Shown here piece after piece: positions 22,557 through 33,799 of a stretch of DNA of 64,000 nt. A program made the translations under genes and the position numbers. A model generated the notes under the pieces. The model was not told the DNA's origin. It saw only the letters and a list, made by a program, of their open reading frames with translations, and ran no database searches. The stretch comes from Paramoeba atlantica. Taxonomy: Eukaryota > Protista > Discosea. The stretch is taken from positions 558,001 through 622,000 of the forward strand of contig CDRNVI010000004.1 of assembly GCA_977017575.1 (NCBI GenBank), in the 5' to 3' direction. How positions within the stretch are numbered: position 1 is the first letter of the stretch; each line of letters opens with the position of its first letter.

Positions 22557-24112
22557 TTGGGTAGGATCCGAAACCGAACGCGTAAACCAAATCAAAAAGA
22601 AATGGAATACCCGATTCATGCTCGCAAAACGGGGATCATGGATATAACAAAGGCACGTGAATACATGAAACCGGAAGTACGTAAAAGGTTTGACGCAGTG
22701 ATGAGTGGTATATACAAGCCTCCGGTTCCATACGTTAACTCGAACAATTCGAATGATCCATCATTAAGTAGTAAGGACATTGATAACCTAAAGGAAACCG
22801 GTATAATTGAACACGAAAGTTTGAATTGAAGAGGAGCAGCTCCACCCCACAAAAGGCACAGTACACCCTTTCACAGTCCCTTTCACGGCTTTAGAGTTTC
22901 GGAATGACGGTCCGCGGCGGCGATTCATCGTTTGGCCGAAGGCGCAAAATTCGGCTATAGAGCCGCACTATACAGCAAACGTCCCTGTCTCACAGCCTGG
23001 TAGTTACATTCCTCGAATTAAACATAGTGGTGCAATTAAGAAGGATTTACAATGCAGATTTTACCAGGTTGGGTTGCCCCCGATCACGCGGGCATACTAC
23101 CGGTTTCAGTACAAAGGAAAACTTTATCAAATAACACGGATGCCTATGGGGCACATGTGCGCACCTGAAATTCAGCGTACACTGACAGCGGTTATGGCGG
23201 GACATCCTGATTATGCACAAACTTCATTTCCCCAATGCGGAGATCTCGACATTTATTTGGACGGGTTACGGTGGTCCGGATCGGAGCATGAGCGCTGCCA
23301 ATACGAGAAATGGATGGAACGACGCGCCAAGCAACTTCGAATGACTTTTAAGAAAATTGATTCCAACAATGGACCTGAATATGAATTCCTCGGTGTGCAA
23401 TATGACCACAGCGCCAAAATGTATAAATTAGCAGATACATTGTAGGTTTGTAAAGAAGTTGCCTGCGGTCATTCCAACAAAAATGCCGTTTCATGAACTA
23501 GAGACCTTGACGGCACGCTTGATATATGCCAGCGGTATTCTTCCTATTCATCTACCTCGCTACTATTGGGCCATTAAGTATACAAGACGTCAGATTTCGT
23601 TAAATAAGGCGATAATACATGATAATACTGAACTAATCCTATCACACGGAGTGAGGCGCCAGTTATCGGAATGGCTGCAACGTGTACTGCGAAATCCTTG
23701 GACCAAGTATGAGATAGATAAACGTACTACAAACAAAACGGCAACGTTATACACTGACGCGTCGCTCAGCGGATGGGGAGCAGTACTCTTTTTGCCGCGC
23801 GGCACAATTTACGCCACTGGTGCCCAAAGGAAAACCGACACAGAAATAAATCGTGGGGAGACGCAAGCTGTACTTAATGCCTTGCATGCATTCGATGACC
23901 ATTGGTCTAACATTACACATATTAAATTGCGAATAGATAACACGAGTGCAGCGGCTGCTATACAGCGAAAATGGTCGAACTCCAGCGCCATGTCTTCTGT
24001 CCTCGATACAATCCTAAATTTTACCGAAGCGCGTGGACTAAAGATTGAACCATCCTATATCCGCTCAGAAGAAAACATCGCTGATTCTTGGAGCAGGAAG
24101 TTTCAGGATTAG
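22557..24112 (+). pseudogene. Reverse transcriptase-RNase H of the retroelement (frameshifted)
   Basis: RRRFIVWP, KKDLQCRFYQV, TRMPMGH..APEI, YLDG. RNase H: LYTDASLSGWGA, INRGETQA, IDNT, NIADSWSR. Confidence 0.88.
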
Positions 24113-24586
24113 GCTATGAAAATATGCAGGCATAATCATACCGGAAAGGAAATTAATTGTTCAAACGCTAAAATAAAACCATCTGCAGCGGGGGCCACCG
24201 CTATGGATGTACAAAATATTAATTGTCTAACTTTACAACAAAAAAAAAATTATTGTTTGCTGGGACTCGGGTTTAACCCGACTGGCTAAAAAAAAACTAT
24301 GTACCATCTTGAATTTATTTTGTAAGACTTGAGAAATTAAGCTTGTGGATATTCAAATTCTACGTAGTCAGCGAAAATTACGACACAAAGCTAGCAGCGA
24401 GCCGGCACAGCACAAGCGAGCAGGGCATTTGCGACTGGAGAACGAACTGTAAACGAGAAATTTCCCAGTCGTAAGTTGGGCAGGTGATGAAAAATTATAG
24501 TGGAAAAATAAATTAGCCGGATATTTTATGAACTTACTTAATGTATACCGTTTTAGAAATATTCAGCATTTAGGTTGCATACAATA

Positions 24587-25515
24587 TAAACCCCCCACAG
24601 CGAAAAGTCATCCCCCTCTAACTTTTCAGCCAAGTGTCCGTTTGAGCTCATTTTTGTTGCATTTCGCTGTTCCTAACACAAAGACTTTGCGCGTTATAGC
24701 ATGGAACCAAGGCTCTCAAATGCGTGCATCCGATAGATGGATTATCACTTTCTTCACATTTTTCAAGAGACCAATTTCTCACACTTTAACAAAATAAATC
24801 TTCTCCTCTCATGAGAAATTCAATTATTTTTGTCCGTTTTTGCTGATTTTTGTTGCAAACGAGAGACCTCGTTCTCCTAGCAAAGATCTTTGCCGCTATT
24901 TTTTAATATTGACCCAATTGTGCCCCCTGGCCGCGGAGTGTTTGTTTTGTTAAATTAGTATGGTATGACGATGCAAAAAAATAGAACCTAAAAACAATTT
25001 TCTTTTTCAGTTTCTAAAATGATCTAAAAATGGTGGGAACGTGTAGATCTCAGAATTTTGAACGAGAAAATGATATCTTAACCCCCTTAGGCCCCTTCAA
25101 GCAAAAAGTAAAGGGGACAGCTTAAAAAAGTTGATTTATCACCGTTTCAAGAAAGAACTAATCAAAGACAAATATTCCACCACGTGACAAATTGAATGTT
25201 TGTTATCTGTTTTTCATCATTTTTGTTGCAATCGAGAGATCTCGTTCCCCTAGCGAAGATCTGTGACACCATTTTCATGTTGACCCCCTTCTCCCCCCCT
25301 GGTCGAGGAACATGAGATTTTTCGGGTAATATTAGCATGACTATGTAAAAACGTCATTAAAAAAATGAGTTTTATTTTGTTATCTGTTAAGAGGTCTAAA
25401 AACAGCGGGAACGTGCAGATCTCAAAATTTTGAACGAGAAAGTGGTGCCGCAACCCCCCTAAGCCTCGTTGTACAAAAAAAAGAGGGGGGTGACTTATTC
25501 GCTGTGGGGGGTTTA
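24587..25515. mobile_element. Non-autonomous Tc1-family element related to 32472-33799
   Basis: TA-TAAACCCCCCACAGCGAAAAGTCA...TGACTTATTCGCTGTGGGGGGTTTA-TA (~30-bp TIR, TA TSD). Internal ~370-bp direct duplication. Confidence 0.85.
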
Positions 25516-25581
25516 TATACGAACTATCACTGAATTTACTTAGGCATTGATTTTACAATTCTAAATTATAAACATTATTGT

Positions 25582-26190
25582 ATGTCAGACCCTGTGGCAC
25601 ATCGAGTTCGTGGTGCAGAATTACCACAAGAGTACGCTCTCGCTCTCTTTATTAAAACGTTTCCCAATTCTCTAGAATCATGGACTACGCACACCCCCGC
25701 GTGTGAGTGGGAGCGTGTGAAATGTGACGAAACAAATAATGTCGTAAGACTCGAATGGGGTCTCCTTGGTCTTTCTGGTGAGTTCCAATGGTCTTCTCTA
25801 CCGAACTCTTTGTTGCATTTGAATATGAGGTCCGCATTTTTCCGTTTTGATGAAATTCCGCACGTTGATTTTGCAGCATTACCACGAGGTCTCTTAGAAC
25901 TAATTCTCTCTGATTTGGGTATCAGCGGGTCCCTTGAAGTAAACGATCTTCCTCCTTCGCTTCACCTATTGGATCTCTGTAGAAACAACATACAAGGTAG
26001 TGTGAATTTTACCGCTTTTCCAGAAACAATGATAGAGATCAACCTTAGTCGCAATCCTATTCAAGGAGTACCTGATTTTTCGAAACTTCCTCATGGCCTA
26101 CAAATGCTTACGATGTACGATACCGAACTAACTCTTCCTTCTGGATTTATTCCACTTTGTGTTCAAACTTTCACTCCCTATTGGGAGTGA
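25582..26190 (+). CDS. LRR family member 3
   Basis: RVRGAELPQEY, TPACEWERVKC, LRRs. Close paralogue of 37712-38323. Confidence 0.85.
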   Translation: MSDPVAHRVRGAELPQEYALALFIKTFPNSLESWTTHTPACEWERVKCDETNNVVRLEWGLLGLSGEFQWSSLPNSLLHLNMRSAFFRFDEIPHVDFAALPRGLLELILSDLGISGSLEVNDLPPSLHLLDLCRNNIQGSVNFTAFPETMIEINLSRNPIQGVPDFSKLPHGLQMLTMYDTELTLPSGFIPLCVQTFTPYWE

Positions 26191-26589
26191 TTTAAGTTAC
26201 AATGTATTAGTTCTATGATGCACAGATCGTCAGAGTCATAAATTCTCTTTTTTGTGAATAAGTAATAAAAAAAATTGCATGCTCGAAAATTAAAAATTAG
26301 AGAAAAAAGTTGGAACGGTTCCATCATGTGAAGGGCTGAGGGCCTCAGTTTCGTTCAGTGAGGTTTCAGTTCAGATTTAGTAAGATTTTCACGAGTTTCC
26401 TCGGTCGTGTTCTTTCTAGGTTTCTAGTAGCACTAGTATCCTGTCTCTCATTGATTTCTATATTATAAATTTATAATAATTTTATAGTCGGTAAAACAGC
26501 TTTTCTGAAAGTCGGATGTGGACTCCTGTGACCTCCAGTGACTGCCAGCGACTGTCAGTGACTGCCAAGATTGCAGGCATTTATGGCAG

Positions 26590-26950
26590 GTACGCTTACA
26601 ATTTTTTTTCTAAAAAGAGTAATCATTCAGTAAATGGTCATTGATTGTATAGCACCTTTTGTACAGCAGGCTTGAACTTTGAACTACAGTATACAGTTGC
26701 GGTGGTTGTATAACTACCGCTCTACCGTCGATTATTGCAAAACAAGTGAACAAAAACAGTGAAAATATAAAGGGGAACACAGTAATATAATAGAAGAAAA
26801 AAATATAAAAGGGGGCTCCGGTGGACCAAAACTGAAAAAAAAAATTGAAAAAAATGGGCGGTCCAGGGGGGGGGGTCCAGAGGGGGGGTCCAGGGGGGGT
26901 CATGGTCGAGCAAATTTTTTCGAAAAAAATCGTTTTTTGTTCAGGTTCAC
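26590..26950. repeat. Dispersed repeat, inverted relative to a copy at about 52790-53030
   Basis: Shared GGACCCCCCC tracts and an AT-rich block. The ORF track gives near-identical spurious peptides at both loci. Confidence 0.7.
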
Positions 26951-28066
26951 ACTCTTCTCAACTCCAAGATATGCCCTGTAAAGGATGTAACGTCACAGAG
27001 GTTCTCATGGTGCAGTGGCACCACTCTTAAAATGCAACTGCAGTGTACGATGCAATGGCGGCGATGTAATGCTGCGCATCCTAGATAATCTACAAGAACA
27101 TCGTCGTTGTATTCATTTTAGGTTGAGAGCTAGAGGCGGAAAGTTTTAATTTCTTTACACAACATTTTTATGAACAGAAAAAGACTTTTTTTTGAAAAAT
27201 CGAATTTTGCTTTATTTTAACACGTCTATGTGTTATGATTAGGGATGTATACATAGCTTTCTAACTCCGCAGTTTCCAGTCCCAAGCCACAACATATGCA
27301 AATGTACACTGACACTATACAACTATATCTTCCTTGCGTGTACCGTTTGGTACTAATTTCATCAAAGTTTGTTGTGTACGGAGAGCCTTTGATAAGGGAA
27401 TGTTTGTTGTTGCGATGACCGATGGAAATACATGACTCCAGTATTCCTGGACGTTTCGAGCCGAGCCCTGTTCAGGCATTGCTTTTTTTGGCTCGGACTT
27501 TTGAAGGCCGGGACGCGTTGTAATGACTCTCGCCATAGGAGCGAGAAATTTCGCCGCAATGTCGGCACTTCAGGTGAAACAGCTGCCGCATGTTGTTACG
27601 AAGTGTCTTTGGTTCATCAGCGTGCTTTCTGCCGTATAAAGTGCAGTCCACACGATCAGTGCAAAGCTCCTCTTCGAAGTTGTCCGTTATCCATGCTTTC
27701 TGGAGCATTTTGTTGCCGCCCCGCTCCTTCCGCTTTCGATGAAGTTGTGCCGCACTAGACGCAAAATCCAAAGCAGTTTAACTTGGGGCGTATACTCAAT
27801 GCATACGAAGAGTATCAGCCGCGTCCTTTCGCTATACTTGTGTCCGCTGAGAAAATGATGATGTGGAACTAGGAGTTGGTTCCGAAGCCTCAGGGTCAAT
27901 TTCTGAATTTGAAGATGGGGTTTGCCGTGCTTCAACGTGGGGGAGTCTTTCCGCAATGTGCGCAGGAATCCGAATGGGAACTGATCCAGGGGGCCTAGGC
28001 GTACAAGAAGACTTAGAGGGACGTCCCATAATGTAATTTGGAGATAAAAAGGGATCGTAATACTCT

Positions 28067-28596
28067 GAGGGTTGAAACCTGTTAGGTTTTGCCGGGTTTT
28101 ACCAAGTTTTGCCTGGTTTTGCCAGGACACCTATTTTTTGGGGCGTCATTCGGGAGGCGTGTCACGGCTTCAAGAAGGGGTATCTTGTGAAAACAACGGC
28201 GTAGAAAGTTAGTATGGGTCTCAAACTCTCAAAATAGGTGAAACGATTTTGAAAAACTATTTTTTAAGCCATGATTTTCGCCATGTTGACCTGTTTTTCA
28301 AGTTTTTTTAGGAAAAAACTGAACTCGGCGGCCCCGTCCTGTTGATACCAGGGGGGTTGTCCCCGAGTACGAGGGTGGAAAATGTGCGCCAAGACCTTGG
28401 CTACCCTTTCTGGGGGTCTGTTTCAAAAAGTATTTTTTTCAAAATTTTCATTTTTTGTGGCGCAAAAAATGTTTTGCAGCGCACGATGGAGACCAAGTAT
28501 GTTCTTCACTAAATTTGACATAGTACTTTTCTTCGCCACGTCAATGAGGAATATGCGGGTTTTGCCAGGTTTTGCCTTTCATAGGTTTCAACCCTC
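28067..28596. mobile_element. Non-autonomous TIR element (hAT-like ends); family also at about 5540-5690, 41790-44400 and 52450-52790
   Basis: Perfect 14-bp TIR GAGGGTTGAAACCT/AGGTTTCAACCCTC, subterminal GGTTTT(G/A)CC repeats, no clear TSD. Confidence 0.65.
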
Positions 28597-29134
28597 CACA
28601 TAAATACATTTCTTTAAACAAGAATTGCATTGTACGTACTTACAACGGTGCTCCGTGTTCCTTGGAACCACAACGTGCACCTGAAAAATGCGGCGACATT
28701 TCCTGAGTAATGAGTTGCCAAATATGCTATTTGGCGACTAGGCAGGATTTCGAGGGGAAAAAGGAAAGTACCGAAACCGGCGGGGGGGTGACAGCACTCA
28801 TATCAAAACCTCAAAAACGATGCATGTCCAACAAGACGGATTTTTGAAAGCTCTCGACGCCACTATTATTTTCTAAAATTAACAATTTTTTAGTTCATGA
28901 CAGAATTTATTTGATAACTAAGTCCCATTTATAGCCAACTTACAGTAGCCTGAAATCGGTCTCTATCACAAAGAGCATTAAAAGAAACGTAATTTACAAT
29001 ATATCAACGCACACATGTACTCCTTTTGCACACGCATATGTGTAATGGACAGCGACATAGCGTTTTCTGGTCCGCGACGAGCAAATTCCCTCACAAGCTT
29101 TACGTGAGCGTAGCTTAATACCTTTAACCCACTC

Positions 29135-31417
29135 ATGCGACTCCCTGTGCAAGTCGTAAACTCCACGAGCCACCCGTTCGGAGTAAAACTTCCCTCATCC
29201 CAACCTCACACGTCGCCGGGGGATCCATCCTGTAGCATCCCCCTCTCCTGGGTGCTTCCCGGGGATTATATCGAGCTCGACCACGACGTACTCGCTCAAT
29301 GCAATGAACGCAATGCCCCCTCCCTGCTTCGCTCCCAGGGTAAGCTCCACGCCGTGAGCCCCTCTCGTCGAAACCTTACGCACGCCCCTTGCCCTCTCTC
29401 CGGGCTCACCTGCTCTCGCTGTCCGTGGCGTGCGATGTCCGCGGCCTACCAAGAAAAGTACAAAACCGTCCTCGCGACCCACTTTCTACAATCCTGTCTC
29501 CCCCCGCAGCACGGCGTGGCGGAAACCCATCCCCCTTTCCAGGTACTCTCCGCGAATGTCCTCCCCCTCGCCAACACCCCCACCCGATCCCACACCTTCT
29601 TTTTCGGACGTCACCCCCACACAGGCCAACGTACCGTCGGGGTACGTCCCGGAACCGACCTCCCTTCCTTTTCCTCTCCCCTCCTCGTCTCTTCAAGTAA
29701 TAGAAGAGAAACGAAGAACAACAACAACGTAGACTCTACGGTTGCTTCTTCTTCTTCTTCCTCTTCTTCAATTACAAAAACGAGTAACCCACAAAAAGAA
29801 CACAATGAACCAACAAGAGAACACAGGAGTAATCCACAAGAGAGGAACCCCCAAGGCAGTAACTACCAACGGGGTAGCCCCCAAGGGAGTAGCCACCCAG
29901 GGGGTAACTACCAAGGGACTCACTACCCAGGGAGTAGCCCCCAAGGGCGTAACCACCCAGGGGGTAACCCACAACCTCTCTCCACCCCTCCCCTCCCTCC
30001 CCCCACCCTCGTGTTCCCCACCCACCCCATCTGCCCCCTCCACACCCGCGTGACCCGACACGCCCTTCAAGCGCTCACCCCCTGGTGGGCCGCACACCCC
30101 CTGGTCCCCGGACCCCATGAGGTCCCGACCCCCACCTCCCACGTCGTGAGTGTGAGTGTGTACCACACGAGTGCGGCAGCCGCGGGGAGGGGTAGTGCCA
30201 CGGGGGGTAGCCCACCGACAGGTACAGCCCACCTGCAGGGGTTGGACCCTACCCGTAGGAGGGGTACGAGTGGTCTACGCCCTCACGACCCCGCACAGAG
30301 GAGTCGTGATACCCGTGATCGGGGCAGTACGGGTACAATGGGTGTTGTGGATCACACGGGTAGGGATCACACGAGTAGTGGTGGTGGTCGTGGCCTACTT
30401 CCTGAGTACGCCCAACATAGGGGGGGTAGTACCCCTGTGGATGAGGGTACGGAGGAGCAGGAGCAGCTGCTTACTCGTATTCGAGTGTATGGCCGCGGTA
30501 CCCATAACTACTGTTTGTGTCATGGGGAGATGGAGGAGGAGGGGGAGGAGGGGGGGATAGACCGGAGGGAGGCAAGGGGAACAGGATGGAGAAGAGGAGG
30601 AAACCTCTCCTCTTTGCAGCCTCCCCCACACGCTCTAAAGTGTACCCCAAGACTCTCGTTACGAGAGCGCTCCCTTGTGGAGTCCCTTCTGGAGGGGGTG
30701 GAGTACCCGGTGCTTACCGGGTCGCATCATATTGCGGTACAAATTAAGGACACGACCCCGAGTGGAGGTGAGGGGCGAATATTTACAAAGATTTTATATG
30801 GTCAAGGGGTGGTGTACGACCGCATCGGGCTCGCAGGGGTACAGATTGTGCTCCCGCTACGGATGGATGCCCCCGGCTGGGGGTACCGTCTGGATGTGGA
30901 GGGGATGCGACTGGTGTGCCGCACACTGTTGCAGTGCGTGGTGCCGTTAAGTCCAATGGGTTTGGTGGTATGCGGAGGGGGGAGAGGGTTAGCAGCGAGG
31001 TTGTGTCCGGAGGTTGCGGCGCTGGCGAAGCTGGTGCCTGGGCTGGAGCGCGTGTTTATGGGGGTGTCCGAACAGGTGTCAAAGGCGTTTTCCGCACAAT
31101 ATCAACTTGAAGATTTTGTTGAACGGAATCGATTTACGCCGAAATTTGAAATGGGATTCCCATCTCGTGAGCAAAGGCACGTCGTTGTTTTAGTGTTGGA
31201 TACGGGTGAGGGACTGACGGAGTTGCTAAAGGTGCTTGCAAAGAACGCTTGGAGCACCATGGCACTCTATGTTTTGTCTAATGATTTGCTGCAAGATGTG
31301 CAGCTGAGAAATCTCTTGAGAGAATGTTATCTTTATGGATTCAGACTTCGAAAGTCGTACTTAATTAGTCCGTATCATAAGCCACAGACGAGCGCAATTT
31401 TAGAACTCATGAAGTGA
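29135..31417 (+). CDS. Divergent RlmD/TrmA-family (m5U RNA methyltransferase-like) protein with long low-complexity insertions
   Basis: VLPGDYI, SP.RR..APCP....CSRCPW..MSAAYQEKYK resemble the TRAM/[4Fe-4S] region of RlmD. The C-terminus has VVCGGGRG and LYVLSN (degenerate methyltransferase motifs). Confidence 0.55.
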   Translation: MRLPVQVVNSTSHPFGVKLPSSQPHTSPGDPSCSIPLSWVLPGDYIELDHDVLAQCNERNAPSLLRSQGKLHAVSPSRRNLTHAPCPLSGLTCSRCPWRAMSAAYQEKYKTVLATHFLQSCLPPQHGVAETHPPFQVLSANVLPLANTPTRSHTFFFGRHPHTGQRTVGVRPGTDLPSFSSPLLVSSSNRRETKNNNNVDSTVASSSSSSSSITKTSNPQKEHNEPTREHRSNPQERNPQGSNYQRGSPQGSSHPGGNYQGTHYPGSSPQGRNHPGGNPQPLSTPPLPPPTLVFPTHPICPLHTRVTRHALQALTPWWAAHPLVPGPHEVPTPTSHVVSVSVYHTSAAAAGRGSATGGSPPTGTAHLQGLDPTRRRGTSGLRPHDPAQRSRDTRDRGSTGTMGVVDHTGRDHTSSGGGRGLLPEYAQHRGGSTPVDEGTEEQEQLLTRIRVYGRGTHNYCLCHGEMEEEGEEGGIDRREARGTGWRRGGNLSSLQPPPHALKCTPRLSLRERSLVESLLEGVEYPVLTGSHHIAVQIKDTTPSGGEGRIFTKILYGQGVVYDRIGLAGVQIVLPLRMDAPGWGYRLDVEGMRLVCRTLLQCVVPLSPMGLVVCGGGRGLAARLCPEVAALAKLVPGLERVFMGVSEQVSKAFSAQYQLEDFVERNRFTPKFEMGFPSREQRHVVVLVLDTGEGLTELLKVLAKNAWSTMALYVLSNDLLQDVQLRNLLRECYLYGFRLRKSYLISPYHKPQTSAILELMK

Positions 31418-31689
31418 GAATGAGACTTGTGATTTCGTCGAATAATGTTCTTATAGGTAAGAAATACAACACATAGTTTTGTTGCCTGTTTAATCCTAAC
31501 TAGGATCAGGATTCAAGGAAATGATGAGTTATAAGCAACCAAACACAGCGTTAAGATTCTAATTTTAGGTGGAATCCAGCGAAGATTGCACACTTTTTTT
31601 TCCGAAAAAAGAATACAAGATTTTTTAACCTTTTTTTGTTATAATGCCCACGCAGTTGCTGCTATCCAAGAAACGCCCAAGCCCGGGTA

Positions 31690-31910
31690 TGACAGTTTCC
31701 CTGACGGCCTCACAGTAGGGACCCAGACCCTCCGAATAGGACTGAGATCTGGGGGATCGACTCGGACCCTCCCGAATGGAACCCACTCCCGTACTCGACG
31801 TGGTCGTTAAACAACGTTAAACACGTCGGCGGAAACTGGTAGAGGCGTTCGGACCTCGCACCCCAAACCGTCTGTGAAGGACCTAGTATGTCACCCTTGG
31901 AGGAGGGTTG
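31690..31910 (-). mobile_element. Fragment related to ORF1 of the VIPER/TATE-like element
   Basis: Minus strand CCTTCACAGAC...CCTCTACCAGTTTCCGC, GGGAGGGTCCG and GTGAGGCCG.CAGG match 20053-20295. Confidence 0.7.
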
Positions 31911-32471
31911 CAACTTCCCAAAGGAGGAACATCCTGAGGGAGCCAGCGGCCAGCCTGGGCGACCCGGTGCCCTTCATTCACTCAGAAACGCCGTCCTGCG
32001 ATCGTCACCTCCGTTTGTCAGCTAAGAAAATGTTGATTTCATGTGGATCAAAGCGTCGAAACTGCTCTAGAGCGCCCGAAAGAGAGAGATTATAAGAAGG
32101 ATGTTCCGTCAGATCGCCGAGAAGAAACAAAGTAACGGACCATTCCCAAGCAATGGTCTGGAGCGTTCAAGCGCCCACAAGAACGTCTTGCCACGCTGAT
32201 TTATTGCACTCTTGACCAGAATGTTGGATTTCTGGGTGATCTACCTATGGGAAATGTTTCGATAGAGTGAATTAGTCTGCCATGTTACTAAAGAAATATG
32301 CTGCAACAAGTTAAACCCCCCCACAGTTATTATTTACAATGAAAATCAGTCTGATCGTTAATAATAACTGTATTTGTGAATAATACGAGTATTTCACACT
32401 TTAGATTCACAATGGCAGAAAGCAGCACAAAATCTTTAACTTACGTGCATGGATTTGTCACATGATAAATA

Positions 32472-33799
32472 TAAACCCCGCGTCATGAAAAGTGACCCCC
32501 CACTTTTTTTCGTACAAGTGTCCGTTTGAGCTGATTTTTGTTGCATTTTGCAGATCTCAACACAAGGACTTTGCGCGTGAAGAAATGAAACAAAAAGAAG
32601 CGAATACGTATATTTTATTGAGGAATTACCATTTTTTCACTTTTTCGCCTTTCAATCTTATACACTCCTTAAGGCGTGAGTCAAAGCTTAAGACCGTTTT
32701 GTCGATCACATTTTGAGACAAGCGAGACCACGCTTTGCGTACACATCGGATGAGTGAAGGCTTATCCGATGGGGTCTGTTCGTCCACCGCCCCTTGGACC
32801 ATAGACCAGACGTTTTCTATTGGGGAAAGATCTGGTGAGTTGGGGGGCCAATTTTTCAGAAGTTCACTCATTGCGCTTTCAATGTACTCCTTTGAGGCAC
32901 GAGCAGTGTGTGCCGTTTCCCCATCTTGCTGAAAAATACGATTAGGGGGGAAATCTACCTCTTTTAATGTTTCTATGTACGTCTCACTTGTAATAGATGT
33001 GTCATTTTGTAGAATTACCAAGTACCTCCACCCCACCCCTACAGCACCCCAAACTTGGCATCTTGGTGCCCAACGTACTTTTTGACGTGGGGCTGCTTTT
33101 TGACCGCGCCTTACCCACATTTTTCTCCTGCCATCATTCGTATCAAATATTTTTTCGTCTGTAAAGATGACACGGGAAGTATCCACATTGTAATTCAACG
33201 CAAATTGAACTCTTTTTACTTTTTGTCGTTCGGTAAGCCCTTGGCATAGCGATCGAGCGGCATAACTGTAATCCATAGATGATAAGTCTCTCTGTAGAGT
33301 TCTTTTTGAAACTTGTATATTCTTTTTCTTCAATTGGGCTGCTATGCGCCTTGATGAATTGAGTCTCGGTACTCCAGCGGGGTCAAGAGGGGTTATTATC
33401 TTCTCAATTTTCGTTTTACGAGTTTTCGTTATTTTTTTTCGCTCAGGACTCAAAGTGTATACTGGGGTAGTTTTTTTTTCGTTCAAATATTTTTTAACTA
33501 TCCTTCTAGAAACGTTGAAATCACGGGCTAGCTCATTTATTGGTACTCCTTGTCCGTGCCTCATCTTTAAAAGAACCTTTCCACTAGAAGTCAGCCCCCC
33601 TCTTGGGAGTCGATATGGTGATTTTGGCATTTTTGAAAAAAAAGTTGAAAAAATTAATTTTTTTTACTGAAATTTAAGGCTAAAAACAGCGGGAACGTAC
33701 ATATCTCAAAATTTTGAACGACAACGTGGTATGATAACCTCCCCACGACCCCCTGTGCTAAAAATAAGGGGGGGTCACTTATTGGTGACGCGGGGTTTA
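32472..33799 (-). mobile_element. Apparently intact Tc1-like DNA transposon (1328 bp)
   Basis: TA TSD; ~30-bp TIRs TAAACCCCGCGTCA..AAGTGACCCCC; uninterrupted transposase inside. Confidence 0.93.
32626..33630 (-). CDS. Tc1-like transposase, DD35E
   Basis: HTH N-terminus; IFTDEK, QVWGAV, FQQDGETAH, WPPNSPDLSPIENVW; 35 residues between D2 and E. Confidence 0.93.
   Translation of the reverse strand: MPKSPYRLPRGGLTSSGKVLLKMRHGQGVPINELARDFNVSRRIVKKYLNEKKTTPVYTLSPERKKITKTRKTKIEKIITPLDPAGVPRLNSSRRIAAQLKKKNIQVSKRTLQRDLSSMDYSYAARSLCQGLTERQKVKRVQFALNYNVDTSRVIFTDEKIFDTNDGRRKMWVRRGQKAAPRQKVRWAPRCQVWGAVGVGWRYLVILQNDTSITSETYIETLKEVDFPPNRIFQQDGETAHTARASKEYIESAMSELLKNWPPNSPDLSPIENVWSMVQGAVDEQTPSDKPSLIRCVRKAWSRLSQNVIDKTVLSFDSRLKECIRLKGEKVKKW

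Larger units (their letters stand above)
19534..24310 (+). mobile_element. Degenerate tyrosine-recombinase retrotransposon, VIPER/TATE-like order (ORF1/gag-like, YR, RT-RNase H)
   Basis: See the YR and RT/RH sub-features. Multiple frameshifts and stops. Boundaries approximate. Confidence 0.85.

Noticed and set aside
27315-28030. Broken minus-strand ORFs with LKCRHCGEI
   Set aside because: A possible zinc-finger remnant, but fragmented and not assignable.
29195-31110. Many overlapping alternative-frame and antisense ORFs
   Set aside because: Expected shadows of the GC-skewed, low-complexity 760-aa CDS; the same applies within PAP and the RAD23-like gene.
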